A stretch of DNA of 64,000 bases. It comes from Candidatus Dormiibacterota bacterium. Its GTDB lineage: Bacteria; Chloroflexota; Dormibacteria; Aeolococcales; Aeolococcaceae. Positions 39,286 through 49,739 of the stretch are shown here, piece after piece. A program made the translations under genes and the position numbers. Each line of letters begins with the position of its first letter. The first letter of the stretch is position 1. The notes beneath the pieces were generated by a model. It had not been told where the DNA came from. It did no database searches and saw only the letters and a list, made by a program, of their open reading frames with translations. The stretch covers positions 224,001 through 288,000 of the forward strand of contig CAVPXI010000004.1 in assembly GCA_963709585.1 (NCBI GenBank). The letters are read 5' to 3'.

Positions 39286-40196
39286 GCGCCGGCAGCGCGA
39301 CGGTCGTCACGCCGCAACTCGACGTGTGGCTCGCCAACTCCAGACGGATCACGCGCCACGCCGCGCGGACCCTTATCGACGCAGGTATGGTGACCGTCGA
39401 CGGGCGACCGGGCAGACCCGGGCAGCGCGTTCGCGACAGCGCCGACGTCGTGGTCACGCCCGCGGTCGAGCACCACATCACCGCGGGGTCGCGCTCCCCG
39501 TCGATCGCCCCCGTCAGCGACCTGTGCATCGTCGATGAGGACGACTGGCTGGCGGTGGTCGACAAGCCGTCCGGCATGGTCGTCCACCCTGCCCCCGGCC
39601 ATCCCACCGGAACCCTCGCCGACGCGCTCAAGGAGCGGGGCACGACCTGGTCGTTGCTCGGCGGCACCGAGCGCGCGGGGATCGTGCACCGGCTCGACCG
39701 CGACACGAGCGGACTGCTGGTGGTGGCGAAGACCGAGGCCGCGCACCGTGGCCTGGCCCGGCAGCTCAGCGATCGCTCACTCGGGCGGACCTACTGGGCG
39801 CTCGTGCACGGCGGCTTCCGGGAGGACACCGGGACCATCGACGCGCCGATCGCCCGTCACCCTCGCGACCGCAGGCGCATGGCGATCGTCGAGGGGGGCC
39901 GCGAGGCGATCACCGATTTTCGAGTCCTCGAACGTCTCAGCGGGGCGACGGTCCTCGAGGTCTCGCTGCGGACGGGACGCACCCACCAGATTCGCGTGCA
40001 TCTCGCCTCGATCGGACATGCGATCGTCGGTGACGCGGTCTACGGGCGTCCCGACGCGACGCTCCTGCGTCCGGCACTGCACGCCATGCGCCTGCGCCTG
40101 CGCCATCCTGCCGACGGCACCGAGCGGTCGTACGAGTTGCCGATCCCGGAGGAGCTGGTCGCCGCCACCGAGCGGCTGCGTCCCTCGCCCGCATGA
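39282..40196 (+). CDS. rluD: RluA/RluD-family pseudouridine synthase
   Basis: S4-like N-terminus, KPSGMVVHP, HRLDRDTSG, TGRTHQIRVH. Confidence 0.9.
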   Translation: MSAGSATVVTPQLDVWLANSRRITRHAARTLIDAGMVTVDGRPGRPGQRVRDSADVVVTPAVEHHITAGSRSPSIAPVSDLCIVDEDDWLAVVDKPSGMVVHPAPGHPTGTLADALKERGTTWSLLGGTERAGIVHRLDRDTSGLLVVAKTEAAHRGLARQLSDRSLGRTYWALVHGGFREDTGTIDAPIARHPRDRRRMAIVEGGREAITDFRVLERLSGATVLEVSLRTGRTHQIRVHLASIGHAIVGDAVYGRPDATLLRPALHAMRLRLRHPADGTERSYELPIPEELVAATERLRPSPA

Positions 40197-40780
40197 GCTC
40201 GGAGGGCAGGCTCATCGTGTTGACCGGGCCGAGCGGTGTCGGCAAGGACACCGTGTTGCGTGAGCTGTTCGTCATCGATCCCGCCCTCGAGTACTGCGTC
40301 TCGTACACCACGCGCCCGCCTCGTCCCGGCGAGGTTGACGGCGTGTCCTACTTCTTCGTGGACGAGCCGGCGTTCCGGGCGATGATCGCTCGCGACGAGT
40401 TCTTCGAATGGTCGACGGTCTATGGCGAGCTCAAAGGGCGGACCTACGAGACGGTGAACAAGGCCCTCGCCAGCGGCAAGGACACGGTGATCAAGATCGA
40501 CGTCCAGGGTGCGGAGAAAGTACGGTCGCGGATCGGGGACCGCGCGATCTACATCTATCTGCTGCCCCCGAGTGTCGAGGCCCTCGAGCAACGTCTCGTC
40601 GAGCGCGCCACCGAGGACCCGGCAAGCCTCCAGGCCCGCCACGAGCGTTCGCTTGCCGAGCTTGCGCTCAAGGACACGTACGATCATCAAGTGGTGAACG
40701 ATGACGCCAAGCGCGCGGCGCGAGAGATCGAAGCTATCATCCAGGCGGCGCGGTCGGCGGCCGGGCGAAGCCCGGCATGA
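40193..40780 (+). CDS. gmk: Guanylate kinase
   Basis: GPSGVGKD, TTRPPRPGEVDG. Confidence 0.96.
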   Translation: MSSEGRLIVLTGPSGVGKDTVLRELFVIDPALEYCVSYTTRPPRPGEVDGVSYFFVDEPAFRAMIARDEFFEWSTVYGELKGRTYETVNKALASGKDTVIKIDVQGAEKVRSRIGDRAIYIYLLPPSVEALEQRLVERATEDPASLQARHERSLAELALKDTYDHQVVNDDAKRAAREIEAIIQAARSAAGRSPA

Positions 40781-42001
40781 CCCTCGCCCTCGATGCGCGT
40801 CGTGTCCTGCTCGGGATCGGCGGCAGCGTGGCGGCGTTCAAAGCCTGTCAGGTGGTGACCGACCTCCGCCGCGAGGGTGCCGACGTGAAGGTCGCGATGA
40901 CCGAGGCAGCAACCCGTTTCGTGACCCCGACGCTGCTCCGCGCCCTGAGTGGCCACCGGGTCGCCTCCAGCATCTGGGACGACGATCCAGCCGAGGCCGG
41001 ACATGGGATGACGCACCTGGACCTCGCATCCTGGTGCGAGGTCCAGGTGGTGGTCGCCGCCTCAGCGGATCTCATCGCTCGGCTGGCGCTCGGACTTGCC
41101 GGCGATCCGGTGACCGCGACCGCACTGGCGTGCCGCGCTCCGCTGCTCGTGGCACCCGCCATGGAGTCGGCGATGTGGGAGCACCCTGCGACCCAGGGCC
41201 ACGTGGCCACGCTGATCGCACGCGGCGGCCGGATCATCGGACCCGTCTACGGACGGCTGGCGAGCGGCCACGAGAACACCGGCCGGATGGCCGAGCCCGA
41301 TGCGATCGTGGCGGTGGTGAGGGAGCTCCTTGTCGCCGGGGCCTGACCCCACCATCTACGGTCTGCGCTTCGTGGTCACCGCGGGTGGAACTCGCGAACC
41401 GATCGATCCGGTGCGCTTCATCGGCAATCGATCGAGCGGCAAGATGGGCAACGAGATCGCCGCCGCTGCGATCCGGCAGGGAGCGACGGTCACGCTGGTA
41501 ACCGCCGCCATTCCACCCGCCGCGGACGCCGGCCTCGAGGTCATCGCCGTGGAGACCGCCGACGAGATGAATGCTGCAGTGCGGGCCGCGCTCGCCGGGG
41601 CGCGCGTGCTTGTCATGGCTGCTGCCGTGGCCGACTGGCGGCCGCGCGACGTGGCGCGCAACAAGCTCAAGAAGGGAGCGGACACGCTGACCATCGAGCT
41701 GGTTCCGACCGTCGACATCCTCCGCACGCTGCGCGACGACGGCGCGGCGGATGGTGTCTTCGTGGTCGGTTTCGCGGCGGAGACCGAGAACGTCATCGAC
41801 AACGCCCGGGCAAAGCTCCACACCAAGCAACTCGATCTCGTCGTCGTCAACGACGTCTCACGCGAAGGCATCGGCATGGGCGCCGACGACAACGAGGTCA
41901 CCATCATCGGCCGCGACGGCAGCGTGCGGACGATCGCGCGCGCACCCAAGTCGGTCGTCGCCGACGCGATCGTGCGCATCATCGCGAGCAGATTGCGATG
42001 A
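40777..42001 (+). CDS. coaBC: CoaBC, split near 41340 into CoaC (40777-41346) and CoaB (to 42001); probably a G-run indel
   Basis: GSVAAFK, PAMESAM, GRMAEP; then TAGGTREPIDPVRFIGNRSSGKMG, VGFAAET. Confidence 0.9.
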
Positions 42002-43989
42002 CCTTCGCCTCGGTCGTCCCCGAGACGCGATCGCAGCTGCCACGCGACGCCTACACGTACTCCATTCCCGAGGATCTCGCCGAACTTGTCCTTCCGGGCG
42101 TGCGTGTCGAGATCCCGTTCGGCAAGCGGTCGATCCTCGGCTACGTGGTGGAGCGATCGGAGGAGACGGAGTTCGCGGAAGTCCGCGCCATCGATCGGGT
42201 CATCGACGAACCGCGACTGCTGCTCGATCATCACCTTGCACTGGCGCGACAGATCGCGGAGCGATACTGCGCTCCGCTCGGTGAGGTGCTCCGGGCCATG
42301 CTGCCCAAGGGCGTTCGCACGCGCCCGTCGCGAAGAGCGGGGCCGAGGTCAATCTCGCGCGCGGTTGCCGAAGCAGGCGCCGCCGGGCCACCCGAGCCGG
42401 CGCCGCTCCTCAACGACGCACAGCGGGCCGCGGCGGTGCCGCTGCTCGATGCTATTGCGACGCGTACCCACCGCCGCATCCTGCTCCACGGCGTCACCGG
42501 GAGCGGGAAGACCGAGGTGTATCTCGCCGGGATCGACGCGGCACTCGGCGCGGGTCGCGGCGCGATCGTGCTCGTGCCCGAGATTGCCTTGACACCGCAG
42601 ATGATTCGTCGCTTCACGGTGCGATTTCCCGGGTTGATCGCGGTCGTCCACTCTGCGCTCACCGACGCCGAGCGCGCGGCCGAATGGCGGCGCATCCGCA
42701 GCGGCGAGCACACAGTTGTCATCGGCTCGCGGAGTGCGGTCTTCGCCCCAGTTCCCGACCTCGGCATCGTTGTCGTCGACGAGGAGGATGCGCCCGCGTA
42801 CAAGCAGGATCGCGTCCCCCGATATCACGCGGTCGACGTCGCATTGATGCTTGGGGCGCTCTCCAGCGCGCCGGTCGTCATGGGAAGCGCGACCCCACGG
42901 GTCGAGAGTTTCTACCGGGCGCACACCGGGGATCTCGAGCTCGCCACCCTCCCCGAGCGGGTGAGCGGCCGCCCGCTGCCGCCGATCGAGGTCGTCGATC
43001 TGCGCGACGAGTTGAAGGCGGGCAACACCAACGCGCTGTCGCTGACCCTCGACCGCGCGCTGCAGGAATGCCACGCCGACGGTGGTCAGTCGATCCTGTT
43101 TCTCAACCGTCGCGGCACCTCGACGGTGGTGCTCTGCCGAACCTGCGGCGAAGCCGTGACGTGCAGCAACTGCAGCGTGTCCCTCGTGCACCACGTCGAC
43201 CGCGGGAGCTGTGACTGTCACTACTGCGGTTTGTCGATCCCGATGCCGAGCGCGTGTCCCGCATGCGGCTCGCGCACGATCCGCGCGCTCGGCATGGGCA
43301 CGGAGCGGCTCGAGCGCGAGGTGCGCGAACGCTTCCCGGCGCTGCGCCTGATTCGCATGGACCGCGACACCACGCGATCGCGGGATGCCTACTTCGACAT
43401 CTACGACCGTTTCCGCCGGCACGAGGCCGATTGCCTGATCGGGACGCAGATGGTCGCCAAGGGCTGGGATCTCGGCAACGTGCGTCTCGTCGGCATCGTC
43501 AACGCCGACACGTCCCTGCACTTCCCTGACTATCGGAGTGGCGAGTTGACCTTCTCGCTGCTCACCCAGGTGGCGGGGCGCGCGGGACGCGGTGACGAGC
43601 CGGCACGCGTGGTGCTTCAGACGTACAGCCCCGGTCATTACGCGGTCCGCCACGCGACCACCCACGACTACCTCGGATTCGCGCACGACGAGATCCGCGT
43701 GCGCAAGGCGTTGCGATTTCCGCCGTATGCGCGCCTCTGCGTCTGCACGTACGTGCACAAGGACGACCGCGAGGCTGAGATCGAAGTTCGCCGGGAGGCT
43801 CAGCGAGTGTCTGATACACTCGGAATTGGCGCCGGGCTTGACGTCCTCGGTCCGACGCCGGCGTTCCTCCACCGCCTCCGAGGCGAATACCGCTGGCAGA
43901 TCACGGTGCGAGGCACCGACATCGAGAGGGCATTTCCTCACCTTCCCAGGGCTCGGGGCTGGAGTATTGACGTCGACCCCGGGGCGTGA
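41998..43989 (+). CDS. priA: Primosomal protein N'
   Basis: GVTGSGKT, VPEIALT, four CxxC motifs, QVAGRAGR. Confidence 0.96.
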   Translation: MTFASVVPETRSQLPRDAYTYSIPEDLAELVLPGVRVEIPFGKRSILGYVVERSEETEFAEVRAIDRVIDEPRLLLDHHLALARQIAERYCAPLGEVLRAMLPKGVRTRPSRRAGPRSISRAVAEAGAAGPPEPAPLLNDAQRAAAVPLLDAIATRTHRRILLHGVTGSGKTEVYLAGIDAALGAGRGAIVLVPEIALTPQMIRRFTVRFPGLIAVVHSALTDAERAAEWRRIRSGEHTVVIGSRSAVFAPVPDLGIVVVDEEDAPAYKQDRVPRYHAVDVALMLGALSSAPVVMGSATPRVESFYRAHTGDLELATLPERVSGRPLPPIEVVDLRDELKAGNTNALSLTLDRALQECHADGGQSILFLNRRGTSTVVLCRTCGEAVTCSNCSVSLVHHVDRGSCDCHYCGLSIPMPSACPACGSRTIRALGMGTERLEREVRERFPALRLIRMDRDTTRSRDAYFDIYDRFRRHEADCLIGTQMVAKGWDLGNVRLVGIVNADTSLHFPDYRSGELTFSLLTQVAGRAGRGDEPARVVLQTYSPGHYAVRHATTHDYLGFAHDEIRVRKALRFPPYARLCVCTYVHKDDREAEIEVRREAQRVSDTLGIGAGLDVLGPTPAFLHRLRGEYRWQITVRGTDIERAFPHLPRARGWSIDVDPGA

Positions 43990-44003
43990 ACGGAGACATC
44001 AGC

Positions 44004-44513
44004 GTGGCCATCCTTCCCATCGTCCTCGTCTCGGACCACAACGACGTGCTCACCACCAAGGCGATTCGCGTGCCGCGGGTGGACGACGAGATACGCCGTC
44101 TGATGGACGACATGGTCGAGACGATGTTCGCCGCCAACGGGGTGGGGCTCGCGGCTCCGCAGGTGGGGGTGTCGCTGCGGGTCATCGTGCTTCGCGTCGA
44201 CAATCAGATCTATCAGCTCGCCAACCCGGAGATGGTGCGTACCGACGGCGATCAGACCGGTTTCGAGGGTTGCCTGTCGGTGCCAGGGTGGGTCGGCGAG
44301 GTCACCCGCCGGATGAGGGTCGTCGCCAAGGGACTGAACCGCCATGGCAAGGAGGTCCGCGTCAAGGGCGACGGCCTGCTCGCCCGGGCAGTGCAGCACG
44401 AGCTGGATCACCTCGACGGCATCCTCTTCACAACCAGGGTGAACGAGGGGACGCTCCGCGAGGTCGAACCCGCAGAGGAGGCTGAGGAGCCCGGCGTCGT
44501 CAGCGCTGTGTGA
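44004..44513 (+). CDS. def: Peptide deformylase
   Basis: GVGLAAPQ, EGCLS, QHELDHLDG. Confidence 0.96.
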   Translation: MAILPIVLVSDHNDVLTTKAIRVPRVDDEIRRLMDDMVETMFAANGVGLAAPQVGVSLRVIVLRVDNQIYQLANPEMVRTDGDQTGFEGCLSVPGWVGEVTRRMRVVAKGLNRHGKEVRVKGDGLLARAVQHELDHLDGILFTTRVNEGTLREVEPAEEAEEPGVVSAV

Positions 44514-45428
44514 GGCTCGTCTTCTGTGGCACCGCCTCATTTGCGGTGCCCTCGCTCCGGGCAACCGCCGCACGCCACGAGGTCGCGGCGGTCGTCACCA
44601 GGGCGGATCGGCCGGGAAGCAGAAGGCCAGGCGCCGCGCCCGGTCGGCGAGGCGGCGCGTGAGCTCGGCCTCGAGGTGCTGACCCCAGCGCGAATCGGCG
44701 CGCCTGACGTGGTGCGCGACCTGCTCGCGCTGGCACCGGACTGCCTGGTGGTTGCCGCCTATGGCCAGATCCTGCCCACGGCGCTGATCGACCCGCCGCC
44801 GCATGGCGCCGTCAACGTCCATGGGTCGCTGCTCCCGCGCTGGCGGGGCGCCTCGCCGATCGCGCACGCCATCCTCGCCGGCGATGAAGAGACCGGCGTC
44901 TCGATCATGCGCATGGAGGCAGGTCTCGACACCGGACCGGTGTACTCGACGGCGCGTGTGCGCATCGACGCCGGCGCCACAACACCCACCCTCACCGCGA
45001 CCCTCGCCGACCTGGGCGCCGCCGAGCTCATCTCGGTGCTCGACGCGCTGGAGCGTGGCGACGCGATCGCGACGCCGCAACCGGACGACGGCGTGACCCA
45101 TGCGCCGCGGCTCAGTCGCGCTGACGGGCGCGTGGACTGGTCGGCGAAAGCGGCGGTCGACGTCGAGCGGATGGTGCGGGCGCTGCAGCCGTGGCCTGGC
45201 GTGCTCGCGCCGCTCGACGGTGTCGGCGTCCAGATCGAGGCAGGCGCGCTCTCGGACGTTTCCGCCGGGGCGGTCCCCGGCAGCGTGGCTCGCCGCGAGG
45301 GTGAATCGGTTGTGATCGCCGCTCGCGAGGGCGGCTACCGCGTCGACCAGATCACGCCACCCGGCAAGCGAACCATGACACCGGCCGCGTTTCTGCGCGG
45401 CCGGCATTCCAGCGACGGGAGTCGCTGA
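44510..45428 (+). CDS. fmt: Methionyl-tRNA formyltransferase with a frameshift near 44623
   Basis: MRLVFCGTASFA at 44510 in one frame; AYGQIL, NVHGSLLPRWRGASP, LDTGP in the next. Confidence 0.92.
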
Positions 45429-45892
45429 TGCCGCCGGCGCGGAAACCAGGCGACAACCTGCTCGCCAACAACCGCCGGGCACGATACGAGTACAGCATCG
45501 TCGAGACCATCGAGGCCGGCATCGAGCTGACCGGCACCGAGGTGAAATCGCTGCGGACCGGCCGGATCCAGCTGCGCGACGGCTACGTGCGCATCGAGAA
45601 CGGGCAGGCGTGGTTGATCCAGGTCAACATCGCGTCATACCAGCAGGGCAACCGGAACAACCCCGAGCCCGAGCGCCGCCGCCGTCTCCTCCTGCACAAG
45701 CGCGAGATCGAGTATCTCGACGGACGGGTCCGGACCCAGGGGCTCACGATCATTCCGCTCAAGCTCTACCTGGTCCGCAACCGCGTCAAGGTGGAGATCG
45801 GCCTCGCGCGTGGCAAGAAGCTCTGGGACAAGCGCCAGGACGTCGCCAAACGTGATGCCGAACGCGACATGGAGCGCGCCATCAAACGCTGA
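45428..45892 (+). CDS. smpB: SsrA-binding protein
   Basis: NRRARYEY, EAGIELTGTEVKSLR, LLLHKREI, GKKLWDKR. Confidence 0.97.
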   Translation: MPPARKPGDNLLANNRRARYEYSIVETIEAGIELTGTEVKSLRTGRIQLRDGYVRIENGQAWLIQVNIASYQQGNRNNPEPERRRRLLLHKREIEYLDGRVRTQGLTIIPLKLYLVRNRVKVEIGLARGKKLWDKRQDVAKRDAERDMERAIKR

Positions 45893-45901
45893 GCGCGGAG
45901 A

Positions 45902-47125
45902 TCAGCCGGCGGCGGCGTGAACCTCGGGCTCAGGTGGCGCAGCCTGGGACGCGGCGCTCGGACGGTTGGCCCTGATATCCGGGACCACCCGGGCGGCGAG
46001 CCCGTCGATACGCTGGCGCAGCTCGCGCAGCCCGGTCCCGCGGGTCGCGCTGACCGCCAGCGCCGACACCCCGGCGACGTCGCCGAGTCGCAGCCGTGCG
46101 GCGCGGACCTCCGATGCGGTCAGGCGATCGACCTTGCTGAGCGCGAGGATCATCGGCTGCTCGCAGTCCATCGATCGCAGGGTGTCGAGAACGGTGACCA
46201 GCTGCTGCTCCGCGTCCGGGTGGGACGCGTCGACCACCAGGCAGAGCATGTGAGCCTGGCGCACCTCCTCGAGGGTCGCCGCGAAGGCCTCGACCAGCTC
46301 GGTCGGCAGCTTCTGGATGAACCCGACCGTGTCGGTGAGGATGACCAGCTTGCCGGACGGCAGCTCGAGACGCCGGGAGGTGGGGTCGAGGGTCGCGAAG
46401 AGCAGGTCGTCGGCAAGCACCTGGCTGTGGGTCAGCACGTTGAGCAAAGTCGACTTGCCGGCGTTGGTGTACCCGACCAGCGCGCACGACGCGAGGGGAA
46501 CATTGGTCCGCGCGGTGCGCCGGGTACGACGCTGCCGTTCGATCACCACGAGGCGTTCGCGCAGGCGCTTGAGTTGCTGGCGGATGAGGCGCCGGTCGAC
46601 CTCGATCTGCTTCTCCCCAGGGCCGCCTCGGAGCCCGACGCCGCCGCGCTGGCGCTCGAGGTGGGACCACCCGCCGGCGAGCCGGGGCAAAAGGTGCTCG
46701 AGCTGCGCCATCTCGACCTGCACCCGGCCCTCGGCGGTGATGGCTCGGCGCGCGAAGATCGCGAGGATCACCTCGGTGCGGTCGAGCACCGGGACGCCCC
46801 ATTCCTCTTGCAGGTTTCGCTGCTGGCGGGGGGTCAGCTGGTCGTTGCACAGCACCGCCGGGCTGTCGAGCTCGGCGAGATGGGAGGCAAACGCCGCGAC
46901 CACCCCGGAGCGGAAGAAGGTGGCGGGATGCGGCTCGCGCAGCGAGATCAGGCTGCGCTCCAGGACCTCGGTGCCGAGGGTGCGAGCCAGCTCCTCGAGC
47001 TCGTCGAGCTCGATGTCGCGCTGCTCGCGCTCGTCCCGTCCGGAGGCGGTGCCGATCACGATCACCCGCTTCAGCTTCGCGCCGACCGCCGGGTCAGCTC
47101 CCGATGGCGCGTCGAAATGGGGCAA
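45902..47125 (-). CDS. hflX: Ribosome-splitting GTPase HflX
   Basis: RGGPGEKQIE, GYTNAGKS, LFATLDPT, DTVGFI. Confidence 0.95.
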   Translation of the reverse strand: MPHFDAPSGADPAVGAKLKRVIVIGTASGRDEREQRDIELDELEELARTLGTEVLERSLISLREPHPATFFRSGVVAAFASHLAELDSPAVLCNDQLTPRQQRNLQEEWGVPVLDRTEVILAIFARRAITAEGRVQVEMAQLEHLLPRLAGGWSHLERQRGGVGLRGGPGEKQIEVDRRLIRQQLKRLRERLVVIERQRRTRRTARTNVPLASCALVGYTNAGKSTLLNVLTHSQVLADDLLFATLDPTSRRLELPSGKLVILTDTVGFIQKLPTELVEAFAATLEEVRQAHMLCLVVDASHPDAEQQLVTVLDTLRSMDCEQPMILALSKVDRLTASEVRAARLRLGDVAGVSALAVSATRGTGLRELRQRIDGLAARVVPDIRANRPSAASQAAPPEPEVHAAAG

Positions 47126-47218
47126 CTAGTGCGTCACCGGCCGGGCCACAATCAGGAGCATCCGATCAGCCTACCAACGGCGCCTGCTGTCTGCTGAGGA
47201 TCGCGGCCCGGGTGGGGC

Positions 47219-48463
47219 TCACGCAGCTGGGGCAACCGTGGGGATCTTGAGTTGCATGACGGCGCTGCCGGCGAGGGTCAGCGCGGCCGCGAACACGATC
47301 GCAAAGGTCGTCGACACTCCGAGGACCGGCCCCGCCAGGGCGGATCCGATCGGCACGCCGGCGAAGTTGAGGCCGATCGAGACGGCGAAGGCGCGTCCGA
47401 ACCACGCCCGGGCGGTCCGGCGCTGGCGCAGCGAGAAGGCGCTGACACTGGACGCCGCGTCTGCGCCACCGGCGATAGCGATACCAATCGCGATCACCGC
47501 GATCGAGGGCACGAGCAGCGCCAGGACAGCGAGAGCCATGACGGCGCCGAAAAGGGCCATCAACTCGCGTTCCCGGCCCTCGGTCCGAATCCGCCCGGCC
47601 ACGAGCGCCGCGGGCACTCCGGCCGCACCGGCGAGCGCCAGGATGAAACCGACCATCGCGGCATTGCCGTGCAGATTGAAGACGACGACGGGCAGCGCAA
47701 CGATGACGATGCCCCAGCCGACGTTGAGCGTCGAGAACGAGATGGCGATCCAGCGCAGCGTGCGGTTGGTCACGACGTAGCGGAAGCCGCGCCAGGCTTC
47801 GTAGAGGATCCGGCCGGTCACCTCGCCGGTGTGGGCAGGCTCCCCGACCCCCTGCAGCGCCAGTGCGCCCGCCACGAATCCGACAGCCGCCCCAGCGAGC
47901 GCCGCCTCACTGCCGAGCAGTGCGATCAGCGCTCCGGCGAGACCGGGACCGGCGATGTTCGCAACCCCGTACAACACGCTGTCCGCCGCGTTGCCGCGGT
48001 CCCAGAGGTCGCGGGGCACGATCAGCGGGAAGAACGAGCGGGCGCCCGCGAGGCTGAGCGTGCTGGTGACCGAACCGCCGACCAGCAGCGCGTAGAGGCC
48101 CCACACCGGCAGCCGATTCGCGGCCGCCAGGATGACGATGACCGCGAGGCATACCGCGGCCACGATGAAATCGAGCGTCATGAGGCGCTTGCGCCCATGA
48201 CGATCGAGCAGCGCTCCGGCGATCGGGCTGAGCATCAGTCCTGGAAAGATGAGGAGGAAGAGGCTCAACCCGGCGACGCCCGGCGAGTGATATCGCTGCA
48301 GCGCAAAGATGACCAGACCGACGGTCCACATCTGCGACGCGGTGCGGGTCAGCAGCGAGCTGATCAGCAGCCGTCGAAATCCAGGAACGCGGAGCAGTCG
48401 GCGGTAGGTCGGGGGGCTCGCCGTGGCACGGGGAGCCGCGGTCAGATCGACGTTCGACGGCAC
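47219..48463 (-). CDS. MFS transporter
   Basis: About 12 hydrophobic helices; GALLDRHGRK motif A. Confidence 0.88.
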   Translation of the reverse strand: MPSNVDLTAAPRATASPPTYRRLLRVPGFRRLLISSLLTRTASQMWTVGLVIFALQRYHSPGVAGLSLFLLIFPGLMLSPIAGALLDRHGRKRLMTLDFIVAAVCLAVIVILAAANRLPVWGLYALLVGGSVTSTLSLAGARSFFPLIVPRDLWDRGNAADSVLYGVANIAGPGLAGALIALLGSEAALAGAAVGFVAGALALQGVGEPAHTGEVTGRILYEAWRGFRYVVTNRTLRWIAISFSTLNVGWGIVIVALPVVVFNLHGNAAMVGFILALAGAAGVPAALVAGRIRTEGRERELMALFGAVMALAVLALLVPSIAVIAIGIAIAGGADAASSVSAFSLRQRRTARAWFGRAFAVSIGLNFAGVPIGSALAGPVLGVSTTFAIVFAAALTLAGSAVMQLKIPTVAPAA

Positions 48464-48622
48464 GGCGACATCAATCGCGCCGTATGGGCGCGCGGAGACG
48501 TCAGAACGGAAACCACGTTGTAGACACTACCAACTCCCTGCCAAACGGTGCGGGCGTCGTGGCAGCGTCTCCGGCGTTGTATGCTTGATCGAGCACGCTG
48601 ATCTCGGACAGCTGCGTTCCAT

Positions 48623-48997
48623 GGGGGCGTACTGGTTTCGACGGGGTCGTGGGTCGTGCGAATGCGAGTCGAGCCCCGGGCTCGTAAAACCGGGAAAAAT
48701 ATACGTGCGAATAACGCACCCCTCGCCCTCGCTGCGTAAGTAGCAGAGACGAAAAAAGCTCAGGCTTCGGCCTGACGTCGACCGTCTCCTCGGCTGTGGG
48801 AGACGGATCCGACGTTAATGCAAGCAGTCTCGCCGCCCGGTGGCGTCTCGGCGCCGGGCGGGACATTCACCGAGGCTGGCCGTAGCCGAGCCTGGTCCCA
48901 GGGCGCGGTTGGGGTGAGATCAAAACCGGGACTACACTCGTAGATGTCGCATGGAACGCGGCTTCGGACCCGGGTTCGATCCCCGGCGCCTCCACCA
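48623..48997 (+). ncRNA. ssrA: tmRNA; tag ANNAPLALAA* at 48707-48739
   Basis: 5' GGGGGCG..GGTTTCGAC; 3' GGTTCGATCC..CGCCTCCACCA with a G3:U70-type alanyl stem; tag ORF ends LAA. Confidence 0.97.
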
Positions 48998-49055
48998 CAC
49001 AATGAATACGGAAACCGCTTCCGACCGGGGTTTTGACCCCTACCGTGACCCCTAC
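48998..49055 (+). repeat. att-like segment, copy 1 (TGACCCCTAC x2)
   Basis: CACAATGAATACGGAAACC...CGGGG..TGACCCCTAC(49034)..TGACCCCTAC(49046). Confidence 0.6.
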
Positions 49056-49163
49056 TGGCTCAGCAGGCCGTCCATCGCCGCTGCCGCCTCACGCTGCATC
49101 GTGGGAGACCCCTGGCAGCGCGCCGGGGGTCTCTGTGTCACGTTCCTGACGATGCGCCAAGGG

Positions 49164-49597
49164 TCAGGCGGATAGGGTCACGCTCCAGGAGTACGTCTTC
49201 CCGGTTGAGATGTCGGTGTAGGCGCCGGACAAGGTGCTGCCGGACAAGGTCCCCGTGAAGACCACGCCGGTGGCTGATTTAAGAGTGATCGTGCTGCCTA
49301 TCAGATTGCCCTCGATGTCGAGGGGCTTGCCGGGCGGCGACGACAGCAAGAACGTCCCCTCAAGCCCGTTGGCGGTTTGCCTCAATGTGAGAGTACAGAA
49401 GCCGTTGGACGTGCCACTACACAGTCCCCCCACGTTCCGCTCAGGTCGAGCGTTGGAATCGTCGTCGGTCGTGTCGGCGCGTGGGTAGGGGGACGTTGCA
49501 AGACGGCGATGAGGGCGCCCACGGTTGCAGTGACCGCGACCAGCACCGCGAGCACGGCCGCTGGCCTCCACCTATGACCCGATGGCTCGTCTCCCAT
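49164..49597 (-). CDS. Membrane-anchored hypothetical protein with a frameshift in a G-run near 49427
   Basis: TM segment plus LDLSGTWG in one frame continues as GLCSGTSNGFCTLTL... in another. Confidence 0.55.
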
Positions 49598-49739
49598 GAC
49601 CTCGCCGATGATGCGCTCGCCCCCCTACGCGTCGCGTTGCTTCGCTGATCGCTTGCGGGTGATGGCGTCGACCGCGTCGCGTTGCTTGTCAGGTGCGTCA
49701 GTCCCCGGCGCGGGCGTCCGCTCTTTGCGGACGCGCGTA

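Noticed and set aside
40777-42001. Naturally split coaC and coaB genes
   Set aside because: Removing one G from the run near 41340 restores a normal fusion, and coaB has only a weak TTG start. A real split cannot be fully excluded.
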